DNA of 64,000 nt. Source: Geosiphon pyriformis uo1. Taxonomy: Eukaryota > Fungi > Glomeromycota. Shown here one piece after another: positions 38,290-51,779 of this stretch. Numbering within the stretch: the first letter of the stretch is position 1; every line of letters begins with the position of its first letter. The stretch lies in assembly GCA_016748015.1 (NCBI GenBank), contig JAAOMT010000672.1:381094-445093 (forward strand). The letters run 5' to 3'. Position numbers and translations under genes: made by a program. Under the pieces are notes generated by a model, which saw nothing but the letters and a program-made list of their open reading frames with translations, was not told the origin of the DNA and made no database searches.

Positions 38290-39314
38290 AAATCTTGCGC
38301 TTCTAGGAAAAATCGGTTTTCTGCTAAAATATTTCGTTCATACAATTTTGAAACTGACATTTTCGGTTCAACTTATAGTTTTACAAACTATTTGATTTGT
38401 AAACCTACATAATCATCATAATCATCATAATCATCATCATCATCATCATAATAATAATAACAATCAACATAATAATAATAATAATCATCATCATCATCAT
38501 CATCATCTGATATTTTTATAAGGCATGCATTATATCGCCATGAAAAAACAAACACTTCTAAGCCTTCTATTTTCACAAGATTTATAAAAAGGTTTAAACT
38601 ATAGGGATAAATAAGAACATCTAAGACATTTCAGAAATCTTTATTTTTGTCATTTCTATTCTAGACATAATCGAAAAATCCATAGATATCAATTAAACTT
38701 AGTATTCATTACTGCGGTACCATATCACCATTTCCATACTTTACATCATCAAAAATAATATATATCCCTTTTTAACTACGATCACCTTTTTATAACCAAT
38801 ATATTTCTGTTCTTTGATTCTGTTCGTTTAAATTGTATTTTTTTTTTTTTCATTTCACGAATTTGACATTGTAAATTTTCTGCATTCTGTTCTTTAAAAA
38901 ATTTCTGTTCACTTGTATATATTCAAGATTATCTGACCGCTTTGGTTCATACTAAAAAATATTCGTTTAATAAAAAAACTAAATGAATCCTATTAAATGA
39001 TCCTAATAATAGTTTAATACAAAATTCTTTTTTGTTCAAGAAATTGGCAACTATGAATACTATGATCTTTTTAAAAAATATTTTTGGATTAAACAATAAT
39101 AAGGAATGAAAAAGTTAATAATTCTAAAATAGGAAATCAAAAGATATTAAAAAGTCATTTAGATATTAATAGAGTATTCTAAAAATTTCAAAAGTTTAAT
39201 TATCGAAGAATTTTATCAATAATTGATAAAAAATTTGACCCTATCAAATGAATTTTCATATTTTTATCGAATAATAAACAATTAAATTATTATAAGAAAA
39301 TCAATAGATTATTA

Positions 39315-39317
<3 letters not shown>

Positions 39318-39361
<44 letters not shown>
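39318..39361 (+). repeat. (TAT)n microsatellite
   Basis: Direct reading of the sequence. Confidence 0.9.
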
Positions 39362-39363
<2 letters not shown>

Positions 39364-42300
39364 AATAAAAAAAAATTAGAAATAATGTCACAAACTTTTT
39401 TGAAATTCCAGATTTGCATAAACATCAAACACCGTTGGGCACAGACATAGTTGTCAAATCATGTTATTTCAATACATTCTTAAAATATCCAACAATAACT
39501 ACCAACAAAGTCCCAGGATTTCTTTTTTTCGTTTTTTTTGTTTTCCTTTTTCCATCTACCAATTCTCGAAACTTTTGGAACAATGGTAACAAACGAACAA
39601 TCATGCTCGTTTTAAAAAACTGGTTTTTTTTTTTCAATGTGATTAACATCGACATCATCATAAGTTCAACTATTAAACAAATGGCGATCAAAGATTTCCT
39701 GTTTGATTTCTGTCCTCCTTTGAAAAATATTTAGGTATGGGAGAATGCATTGCAATTAGCCTTTCAAATGGTGTGCTTGCATTTTGTGAAACCCTTATTA
39801 TCGCTCTCCCCATATTGAAACCGGAATATCACATTATGATCTTAGGCTTAAATCATACATACCTAATCTTTTAGCCATTTCTAAAGAACAAACCACTTAG
39901 AATGAAGCCTGTTTACCATTTGAATTTTTAAAAGTGATTAACTCAATTTTTAGGCTGGGAACTGAGGGATATTATTCTGGCGTTTTTTCTTGAAGTTTTA
40001 AGGTTAGAAGACGTTTCATTCCTTATTAAAAAAAAAAAAAAAAAAACGGAGGATTTTTGCCAGCCATTGAAAATTTATAAAAATGAGTCAGTTTTGTGTG
40101 AAGTATGATCGAACCAAATGATGAGGTATTTTTTTTTTTTTGATATACATAAAAAAAAATCGAATGATTAACAGCTTTTTGTATTCATTTTTAAATGAAA
40201 GAACCAATACTTTTTATTTTTTCAATTTTTCAATTTTTAAAAAAATCGTATGAGACAAAGAAACAATTAACCCTTTTTTGTTTTTGTTTTTTTTTTAAAA
40301 AAAAATAAATCAATAAATCCCGATTCTATCAACATTATTTTTACATATTCAATAAATTTGATAATTCCCCACTTCACGATCGTTAAAATATTCTAAAATT
40401 TTCGATGATGAAGTTTTTGAGATTTCGGAGACCAAAAAAGCATTTTCATAAAAATGGTAATTGTTTCAAATATTCATCCGTGTGAAAATGCACCAGATTT
40501 AATTTTCGTATTTTCGCTATTGGAATTTTTGCCAAAATTGACAGGTTACATATTTTACTTTGAAATTCTCGCAGATATAAAAACATTGCAGTTTAGATTA
40601 AATCATATAGTAAAAATTAGGAGTATTAATTTTGGGAATTTTAAAAAATGACATTCTTTGAAAAAAACAAAAAAAAACAGGACTATAGTAATTATAAAGA
40701 GGCGTAAACTCTAAAAACACTGTGAATCACAAATAACGCTCGTTCCTGACCACGGGAGCAGGCTGAATTCTAGATATTATATGTATATATATTATAATTT
40801 AATTTAAGACAAAGAGTCCCGCTAAAAATCTAAAAACAAAGGTAACACATTTTGAATTCAAATCAATAAATCAGCCATTTTTTGGTAACTAATAAGTTGA
40901 TAGAAAGTCAGCTTTTAAGTTTTGATCCGTTAATAAAAGTTTAAACAGTATGAGCGTGTAGTATTTCGAATTAATTGAAATCTATTTCAATAACTTTGGA
41001 TAGTTTTCAAAAAATTCAGACCTTTTGGATTTTCTTTAAAATTTCAAAGACTATATTTAATAAAATTTTATTCGTAGTGACTTTGATCTTGAAATACCTA
41101 AAAATGAGTCGAGTCTTTTTTTGAAAATACCGCCGAAAACCCACGTTTACCATATTAAGTTATTGGTTGGTCCAACAAAATTCGGTAGAAAGTATCTTTG
41201 CATATTCCTTTACCTGCATATATGCACAGCTGACTTGCTTAAACAATTAAAACTTGGTAGGCTAATTTTATTGAAATCAAATATATAGTTAAATCATTTT
41301 TGTTAGCCGAGATTTTTGATTTTTGATTATTATCAATTTTTTTTTGATCTCCAATAATAAAAACTTTAAATATATAAAAAGTTTTATTAGATTATTTAAA
41401 GTATTTAAAAGGTAGTCTAGCTATAATGTATATCAAAAAGAAAGATGAAGTTTAGTAAACAATAGAAATTCTTTGTGTTAAATAAAATTGATTTTAAAAT
41501 GAAAAAATAATTTTCATTTTATTTATTAATTGAAATTTTTGTTTAAAAAGAAACAAATTTTGTCTAAAATGTTTAATATAATTTTTCTGTTTCTCAATTG
41601 TTTATTTTTTTGATAATTTCCAAAAAGGTCAATTTTTTTTATTTTTTTTTTGAAACATATATTCATATTTCAATGAACTCTTTTTCTCAAGTCTTTTCAT
41701 AACATGATTTCAAAATCTTGATAATATAATTAATATCACTATTTCGATATCTATATTGTAAAAGAGAATTTTTAAAAATAATAGTAAATGTTAATATCAT
41801 AATACTAAAATATCATAATACAAAAAAAAATATACAAGAATTATTACAAGTTTTTCGCACAGACAGACAAATTTTAAATTGATTAAAAGAAAAAAAAATT
41901 TCACTTATATTTTGGCAAAGTATTACCAATTAAATGCCAATTAATGTGTTACTTTTCAACATGTAATTGCATGTATTAATGTAAGACAAAATATAAATTT
42001 ATAAAATTCAGAGATTTAAAATTATTATTTTTAACGAAAGTAAAACTAAAAAACTCATCTATACATAATTCAGCCCATCTGTGATATTACTCCTTGAAAT
42101 CTTGCATTTGATAATCATATGTTTATTAAATTTCTCATTTTTGACACCCCAAAATTCTGTAATAGTTTATAGTGCATGAATTATTATTTTTTTTTTTAAA
42201 AAAAAAATTAGTACTTTTACAATATTGTTTAGAAAATCTTAATAAATAAATTGTTTGATTTTAAAAAACCAAAAAGAATTTTCTTTTAAAAAATTCTGTA

Positions 42301-43404
42301 CATCATCATAAAAATTTTTCAGTAAAACTTTAATAGTTTTAATTTGATTTTTTTTTATTCAAGTTTTTATATATTTTTTACATATATTTTTTTCATTAAT
42401 ATCTGCAATAATATGATTAAATCTTTACTTTTATTTTAAAGATTATGAATATCATTTATAGTGAAACAATACAACCAAGTTAATTGATAAAAAATTAAAA
42501 ATATAGAGGTTTAAATTAAATATTGTATGCTTAGTTTTTTATTCAAGAATTTTTACACCGATATTATTCTAATAATCAAACTTTTCTTTAATTATTACAT
42601 GAAAAGCAATTGTTTCAAGAAATCCTTTTTAAAAATTTTTCAAAATTTTTCTGTTTACATACAATCTTTTTGGATTAATATCTATATAAAGAAAGATAGT
42701 AATAAATACGCTCCAGCTGCGTTTTTCAGTAATTCATAAATTTGGCATATAGCTCACATTACACAATTGAAAACTTGATTTAAATAAGACATTAATAGGA
42801 ATTAAAAGATTCAATTTGTGCACAAATAAAATATCAATCTAACAAATGTATCTTAGTATTTTTATCGCATGCTCTTTGGCATTGTATAAATCGAGTTATA
42901 ATTTTCACAATGAAAAATAGTTAAAGATCAGCAAATTAACGATTTTTTAGCGGACAATTGTGGCTGCGCCAGTCCCTCGGGGACCCTGCGTCAATCACAA
43001 ATAGATCATGAGGATGATACCTAAATAAATAGACTTTCATTTAATGGTGCAATGTTTATTTGAGCAGATTTTTGAAACAAACCATCATCAAATGTTGCTG
43101 CGTTATTTCAAATATTGGCCTTTTGAGAACCTTTTCAATGACAAGAAGAGATCACTATCAAAAGAAAACGTGATTAGGTAATGAGAAATACAAATATTTC
43201 GTGACATTAGATTCATGATCGCTCTCCAACATTCTTATTCACGTACCTTTGTTCACTACATTAAATATTCAAAAGTAATAGTAATTGTTATTTTTTTGCC
43301 ATGAATATTTAAGATGCATATAACTCATGATTAAATAATTAACATTTAACATGAAATATATAAAATTATTTTTTTTTGAATTTTGTTGAGCAATATATTT
43401 CTAA

Positions 43405-43406
<2 letters not shown>

Positions 43407-43487
<81 letters not shown>
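43407..43487 (+). repeat. (TAT)n microsatellite
   Basis: Direct reading of the sequence. Confidence 0.95.
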
Positions 43488-43488
<1 letters not shown>

Positions 43489-44328
43489 AATTCATAATTA
43501 CATATTTTTTCATTAAATAATTTTGCTTTAGGATTTATAAAGTAATATCAGTTAAAATGTATAAATATTTAGAAAAGCAAATTTTAATTATACAATAAAA
43601 AATTTAAAATTAATGGTCAGAGTTAAATGCTAATAAAGCATCATATTCTCCAACATTTTTTCAATAAAGATTAGGCAATGAGATTCACAACTATTTTTGA
43701 TCTTGATACATGTTTGATTAATATAGCTCCGCAGAACTCTTCTAGATCAAGAAAAAATACGATGATTACCTAAATTCACGCTTTTTTCTAAAGTTGAATG
43801 ACTGTTCACCCATCAAAACAAATTCAATGTGGTTACCATGTTTCTCTATAGAGTAAATTCGGTTAGAAAAAAAATGAAAAATGGCTCAGATATATTGTTT
43901 TACATGAGCTTCCATTCATTAAAGACTTGTAATATCTAATACTTTGTAAATAAATTATTAATATTATTCTCTTTCTATTTATTTCTTTTTTGCCATTTTC
44001 TTCAATGAATAATTATTTTTTAGAACGTAAGCAAAAAAAAAGTTTTTATTGATTTCTTTCAAAATCTTATTTTGGTCAAAAAAAATAAAACGACCAAATG
44101 TAAATGAAGTTAAATAAATTTAATCTTTTCTCTTAAGATTATCAAGTTCAAAAATATCTCACTTTGATTTGGTTTACAAATTGTTTGTACAAATGCGCGT
44201 GTTCCCCCCACAATCATTACAAAAGAATTAAAGATAACACGAGGAAAAGTATTTTCAGGAAATGTGGAGAGCATTGCCTCGCTTCACATCATAATTATGC
44301 TTATCACGATCAAAGTTATGCTGGAAGC

Positions 44329-44360
<32 letters not shown>

Positions 44361-47015
44361 AAGAAAAAAAGAAAGAAAGAAAATGAAAGAAAAGGATAAT
44401 TTGACCTGCAATGTTCTAACGTACGTAAAGAGTTTAGCATTTAATACCCAAGAATAATGCATAATGCATTTTTGTTGATTATTGATGATCGAAATAAATG
44501 ATTTTATTTTAATAATTATAAATAACTAGTTGCTATTGTTATTGTTATTGTTGTTGTTGTTGTTGTTGTAAACAAAATATTTTTTAAATAGTAGTATTTT
44601 TCTTTCTATGATAAAGGACTCATGAAATCCTGACTCATCAAATTTCTTCCTAGAATACAAATTGCTTCTTGTTTTTTCCCCTTTTGAAACCCTTTTCCCC
44701 TTGTTTTTTTTTCCTTTTTTGATACTTCTCTTTGCAATACCTTATTTTGAAATATCAAAAGGGAATTTATCGTCGTTTTCTTTGTTTGATTTTTCAACGA
44801 CAATCAAATAATCCTTCTCGAACATACAATCATAAAAATTTCAAAAATGACTAGAATATTCTTAATAAATAAAGTTTTTTAATCTCACTCATTTACATAT
44901 ATAAAAAAAAAATTTCTACTTTCATTTAATTTACCAATCTTCATCACCACCATCACCATAAACACCACTACTACTACTACTACTACCACCAACACCAACT
45001 TTCCCCTTGAATCAGGTTTAATAACGAGTTAATTAGCAAGCTTTTTTTGCCGGAATCGAGATTTTTTTCTTAAGTTGATTGTCTCTAAAATTGAGAAAGT
45101 TCAAATTGTTCCCGGTAAACGACTAACTTAAAATTTCTTAGTAGCTCATTCTTTGAACAAAAACGTAAAAAAGCTCTCAATTAATATATCAAGAATTTAA
45201 ATGGGATCCCAATAATAAACATTAATAAAATATCATGATAGCTCATGCATGATTCTTTTTTAACTTCTTTTTATTGACGATTGTTTATTGATTGTTTGCA
45301 TTGCCATTGTTTGCCACTTTTTCATCAGCATTCATTGACAATTAAATGTAAAAAAAATAATAATATATATATCAATAGTTTAGGAAAAGGAAAAAGAAAA
45401 ACAGGTTGTGGTCAGGTTAATCAAAATAATTATATGCATGAAACATAAAAATAGAGTAAAAAAATTCATCATTATGAAACTCTGCTGACAGCCTTATGTG
45501 CATGCATTTAATTTTGTTATACTTATGAGAGGGGTAAAAAGTTATTACTTGAGCTTCACCTCGCAGTTTTTCTTTGTATTGAGTGGGGTGGGGGTGGGGT
45601 GGATGGAAGTTGAACTGGAGAGAATTATTATTATCAGTTATCAAAAGATTTTTTAAATTTTACTGATTTGGAAAAAAGTTCAAGTTTTTTCATGATAGTA
45701 AAAATGACATCTACTTTTCATTATGCATTTACTTATTCCGTGGGAAATTTGAATGAACACGTTAAAAACTCATAGATAATTCCAAATTTTCCCGCTAAAC
45801 ATAATTAAATTTCCAAAGAAGTCAGTTCTGAGTGTGCAGTCAACGGGAAATTAGGTACACGCGAGTGAGCTTAGAATGTAATCAACTACTCATATTTTTA
45901 GATTACAAAATTTCTTTATTTTTTTTTGCCACGCTTTCGGTCAACAATGTCAATCGTTCCTAGTGTTGAAAAATTTATCAATTTCAGAGTCAAAAAATGG
46001 CAAAAAACAAAATTAAAAACCCTATTTTTTTAATAGATGAAAAAAAACAAAACTTTACTAACTTGAGTATACATATTTTAAGGGTAAAAAAAAAAACTTT
46101 TTACCAGTTCAATTAAAAATTGTCCTCTTGTTTAATGATGAAATTGTGTTTAAACAAAAAATAAAATATTCCTTTTTAAAATTGGGAAATATGGGAGTTA
46201 AAATCAAATTATATTGTATTTTATTGTGTAACTTTTATTTAAATCTTATTTTTCAATAAAACCTGTCTAAAACCGTTTTTAAAATTTATTCGGGATAGGG
46301 GTTTTTTTTTAAATTTCATTGGTTCTTAAAAGGGGTTGACGCCATTTTGGGATATACACCCTTTTTTGGGACAAGTTTTCTAATATATGATAAAAATATT
46401 GCAAAGAATGGAATTAGAACACCACATTAAATTATTATTATTATTATTTTTAAAAAAAAAATTCAAAAATATTTAAAGTTTCATTATTGATCACTGTATT
46501 TAAAATAAATTACTTGAAATAACCTTCAAAGGAAACCTTGACACACTTACAATTTTGTCTCTTATTATATTATATCATTCAAAAGAACTCATGATTTAAA
46601 TCATTACTAATATTTTTGAATATTGAATAGTTTCATAATTTTTATTCTTTTGGTCAAATATCCTTCATCTTTTGTTTATTTGAAGAATAGAATAGAATAT
46701 ATGTTCGACAATCGTTATTTATTCTTGAAACCAGTTTTTCCTATATATATAAAATCTGTTTTTTTTTACTAGATTTTCGTGAAATGAATTTCAACTAATA
46801 GTTATTGTTGTTTTAATTGCTGTCATCTTGTGTATAGGAAATAACTATTGGCATTGGTATTGAGTTGTTAAAAATTTTCGTTGTATGATATATTTCCAAC
46901 TGATTTAAACCTCAAATCTTTTGTATTATCTTTTTTTCTTTGATGGCTTATTATTGTTATTATTATTATTATTATATTCATTATTATTTTACAAATAATT
47001 GTTCACACAAAAATT

Positions 47016-47588
47016 TCAAATTCTTGTATTAAAAATCCATTCTTCTAATGATTCTTCGGAATCCATCATTGATTCTCCTTTGTGTTGTTGTGTATCATTG
47101 ATAAATTTCACAATCCAGTCATCCCATAATGAATCACCTGATAAAGTGCTTGTTGCCGATGTTGTCGAGAACGTATCAGAGAACTGACTGAAATTTCTTG
47201 TACGACGTCGTGATCGTGCTGTGTTAATGGGTGGAAGGTTGGGATTTAGGCGACTTGATTTATAATATGAAGAAGAGTTGTTAGAGGTTTGTGATGATGC
47301 TGAGGATGATAATGATATATTGATTGAAGTAGAACTATTTCGTGAAGCTGATTGTGATGATGATGATGATGATGTCGTTTTTGCTGTTGTTGTTGTTGTT
47401 GTTGCTGAGTTAACAGCTCGGAATTCCAAGTTGTAGACCAAACCATCCTTTACCGTGTATACGGTCACTTGAGCTGGTGTCAAATCGGTTAAAATTACAT
47501 TTGATGAAAAGTGCTTGGAATTTTTGTTCTTTTTCGATTTAGAATGTTTGCAAACGCTTCGTTCGTACCAATTAGAGTAGAAAGACAT
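47016..47588 (-). CDS. Intronless Ser/Thr-rich hypothetical protein, 190 aa (paralogue B)
   Basis: Intact ORF with aacATGtct context and the same conserved blocks as 37651-38289. Confidence 0.88.
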   Translation of the reverse strand: MSFYSNWYERSVCKHSKSKKNKNSKHFSSNVILTDLTPAQVTVYTVKDGLVYNLEFRAVNSATTTTTTAKTTSSSSSSQSASRNSSTSINISLSSSASSQTSNNSSSYYKSSRLNPNLPPINTARSRRRTRNFSQFSDTFSTTSATSTLSGDSLWDDWIVKFINDTQQHKGESMMDSEESLEEWIFNTRI

Positions 47589-47688
47589 GTTGTTTTGGTT
47601 TTTGATTTAGGTATTTGAAATGAAAAATTGGTGGAGGTTTTTTTTCAAATATTTTAAAATTTGTTTCGTTTGCTCTTGTTGAAGCCTC

Positions 47689-47696
47689 TTTATATA
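47689..47696 (-). promoter_or_regulatory. Candidate TATA box of paralogue B
   Basis: Minus-strand TATATAAA about 100 nt upstream of ATG 47588. Confidence 0.55.
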
Positions 47697-49976
47697 ACTT
47701 TTTGAAAGTAATATATCACTTTCAAGTTTTTTATTACCGTTTGTTTGATTTACTTATCGATGATCGTTTATTTTTTTTTCGTAATTATTATTATTATTGT
47801 TATTGTTGTTATTGCTGTTGTTGTTGTTGTTGTTGTTGTTGTTATGCTAAATTATGATTGTTTTCCGTGAAGAGAAAAACGCAGAGAGTGACTTTGGATT
47901 TGTTTAGTTTTTTGGTTTTTATTATTTGTACTAAAAACCTTCGCGATAATCCCAAAAAGTCAAAATGACAAGTAGAGGGATCCAAAAAAGAATAATAATT
48001 GATGATTTTTTTTAAAGCTATGCAGAACTTGGATTTTTAAGAAGGATTGGGGACACACAATTAAAAACCGTTTCTTTTATAACAATTTTTTTTGAATGAA
48101 ATAAGGAGGATAATTTGTCACACTATGAAATTTTTTAAGCTTTAATGGGAGTGTATATGCCAGCTACTTTCAACAAGATATTTCTCATAGTTTATAATTA
48201 TATTACACCTTTCTTTTTTGATTTCTCCTAATATTACAAATAAAAGGAGTAACGATTGCGGCGTACGTTACAATAACGATAACCTTTAGTTAATTAATTA
48301 ATTGATTAATTGATTGATTGATTGATTGATTGATTAAATGATACAAGTTTTTCTATTATGTAATGTACATTTACTTTAAAAGAATTTATAACATATATGT
48401 ATAAAATCTAGTAAACATCTTTATTAATTCATATATCATAACAACAAAAAATTTCCTGAATTTCTCATTCATTCAAATATGAAAAGAGGTTCTACTGAAT
48501 TAATTACTTAAAATAAACTAAATTAAACTCCTTCTAATCCGATTAAACAAACCGATAACTGTTCGAGATTTAGTTAAAAAAAAAAAAAAAAATTTTTTTC
48601 TTTTTTCAAGAAGAAAGTTGTCTCTGTTGTTTGACAGAAAAAATCTCAAGATTTGAAGTTTTTCAGTTGTTAATCAGAAATTTTTTCAACAGTTTCCATT
48701 GAATACCAAGCTCGTCTATAAGGGATAAATCTTAATATTACTTTTTTAACAGACTACCCGCTTGAATGGCTGAATTCTAGGTAAACATGAGTAGTGAGCA
48801 TAAATGCACCGTGTATGTATTCTGTCGTACGCCGAAACAGAATTTGAGGTTGCTGCTGATAAATCAAGACTACGCCAATTTTGGGAAAAGAAATAACAAA
48901 AGCTTCCGCCGAGGGCCAAGTTGGAAGACTTTAGATGCTGATTATGATTCTTGATGCATGATGGTTTTAGGTGTATCAGGAAACATTGATATATCAATGA
49001 TATTTGCGATGAAGATAATAATCAAATGGTCAATTTTCATGCTAGCGTCGAGATATTCCTAAGACACATACATGCATCAAAAAAAAAAAAAAAAAATTTT
49101 CATGAAACTAGTGTGATTTTAAGATTTCAGCTGAACGTACCGTATTTGAAAGGAGATGCTTATTTGTTAGTGGGTATCAGAGTATTTCGTTAAAAGACAG
49201 TGTATATGGGATTACAGCTTTTATTAGAATCATTCGGTATAAAATTTTTAAGTTTGATCTTTTATGACCAATTTAATATTAGTAGATTCTTCTTTAAAAG
49301 AAAATAATAATAATAATAATAATAATTCTCAACAGGTTGAAACAAAAAGCTTGTGAAATAAAAAAAAATTTCCACAGCGAAATCTCAATTGAATTTACAG
49401 TTGAGGAATAAATAATAAATAAATAGATAAATAAATAAAAGGGTACAAAATTTGTACACCAAAATTTTACTATATACGAATTAATTTTATTTCTTTAATT
49501 TCTTTGAATTTCCTGAGAAATCGGGTATTTCACCATTATAGCTACGTTCAAAATTTTTATTGTATCATAATACATGTAAAAAGTTTTTAGCAATATATAC
49601 ATTTTTTTTTCATGTAAAATTTCAAACTGGTAAACTTTATTCACTCTTTTTGGCTTGATTGAAAAAAAATAATAATAATAATAAAATGTTTTTTACAGAT
49701 TTCATCTCACTTTTTTCAAAAAATAATCTAGTATTAACCATTTTCATATTATCTCAAGAAAAAGATTTTTTTGAGATTTTTGCTAAACATTTTATCTGCC
49801 TTCATGTTCTGCCTTCATAATTTCCTCAATCAAATTCCGAAATATTTATCTGTATTTGGTAAGACTTTTTCTTTTTCTTTTTTCAAAACAATAAACTTTA
49901 ATCAAAAAGATCTGAGAGATTGGACATGAAATGATGTTATTCTTTAGTAAAAATAATTTTAATTAATGACCGACTT

Positions 49977-50081
49977 ATTACTACTACTACTACTACTATT
50001 ACAACTACTACTACTACTACTATTACTACTACTACTACTACTATTACTACTATTACTACCACTATTACTACTACTACTACT
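49977..50081 (+). repeat. (TAC/TAT)n microsatellite
   Basis: Direct reading of the sequence. Confidence 0.9.
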
Positions 50082-50430
50082 TTACTTAAGTTGAAATTAA
50101 AATATTTCCGCTTCCCTATTTCAAAATTAGTAGTAAATAAACTATCATTCATTAAATAGCTAAAACTTTTTCAGAAACCTCCCAAATCATATTTTCTTTT
50201 AAACCTTGTTAACTCTGTGTAATTGCGTCAGTTTTTTTTAAATAATATACGACATAGTAGTCATTGGACAGATTTGTTTTGCCATCAAACATCACATACA
50301 TGAACCATTTCTGCTAGACTAGATGTAAATTTTTTTTAAATGAGAATCTCATTCATCCATAATGAATCTTGATAGGTCAAAAAAAACATAGTCTCATATC
50401 TGGGAATGCAAAATTTTTAACCAAATCATT

Positions 50431-50431
50431 A

Positions 50432-50466
<35 letters not shown>

Positions 50467-50497
50467 AATAATGATGATAATAATGATGATGATGATA
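50431..50497 (+). repeat. (TGA/TAA)n microsatellite
   Basis: Direct reading of the sequence. Confidence 0.9.
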
Positions 50498-51779
50498 ACT
50501 TTGTTTCGGCATTACCCACCAAAAATGTTTTGCCTATCCTGTTATCTTGGTTGCATAACTTTTTCTAATAAGAGAAAATGATTTTCCAAATAAATAAATA
50601 AATTGTTAATGATTACTATCTATGTTTATTTAATAAATTTTTGAGACTGCCCATACCCAGGTAACTAACTCCCGAAGAGTGGTTTCTCTCTAAAATTGGC
50701 AATCTGGGCACATCATGGATAAGCCACAATTTTTTTGTTCAAATGATTTTTGATATCCCTAAGCCTCACTTAAGCTATAACAACAAAAAAGAGTTTTTTT
50801 TATTTTTATCAGTTTAACTTGACACATTTAATCACACATAATTGACTAACTAAATTTAGCAAATTTAAAACAAATATTTATTCATCATCCTCTAATAATC
50901 CTATAATACTAAAAATAGAATAACAGATATCCATTTTGGGAATATAAAAACGTGTTCTTAACACTAAAATCATAAGAAATCCTTGCAACCCCGGAAATAA
51001 ATGATAACTTCATCAAAAAGCCTTTAAACATGAGATTACCAAAATTAATTTTTTTAGAAATAAAAAATATTATTTTTCAGCTTATTTCCTTTGCTAGAAA
51101 AGGCTGAAAAAAGTAATTTCAAAAAAGTCCTTGTTTTACGTTAAATAGTCTTGTCCAATACCAATTCTCAAAAATAAAGTAATTCTTGAACTTTTTTAAA
51201 AAGATTTATGTATCATAATTTTCTTGAAAATCTTTGATTAAAAAAATATTTTTTATTAATCATTTCATATTCTATTAGGGCTCTTTCCTTACATGTCACT
51301 TCAATCACAAAAGAAAAAGGTTTTTTCGTGAACGTTTCAACGGAATCGGAGTAACTTTACTTGATTTGAGTAAAACATTAAAGTTTTCTTTTTCTAAAAT
51401 TTCAAAATTTCCCACTCGTATCGATCCAACTATTCAAATCTCAAAAAGGAAATTTATGTTTTCACATTACAGAATTTAGATATAAAATAACTAATCTAAA
51501 TAATACCCAAAATAAAATATTTGGTGCAAATGGCTAAAAGCAACTAGTCATATGTGACCAATTAGCTGATAAACCAAAAAATTATCTTTCACTTCAAATA
51601 CCATAAAAACTATTTTCCCTAACAACCGGCCTGGTGATCGTGAAACGAACCCGCTTAATCAAGAAAATGCCTGTAACTGTCGTTTGGAAGTTTTAGAAGT
51701 GTTAAAAATGGAAAATTTAGAAGAAAACATCTCACATTATTAGAAGATATTGGCAAGGTAATTATCATTTCTTTTATAT

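Noticed and set aside
45280-45311. Cluster of three ATTGTT (HMG-box-like) sites
   Set aside because: A short AT-rich motif in an AT-rich genome; cannot be distinguished from chance without statistics.
49937-50581. Poly-Val and poly-Met ORFs (also the Asp/Tyr ORF at 38388-38576)
   Set aside because: Trinucleotide microsatellite artefacts.
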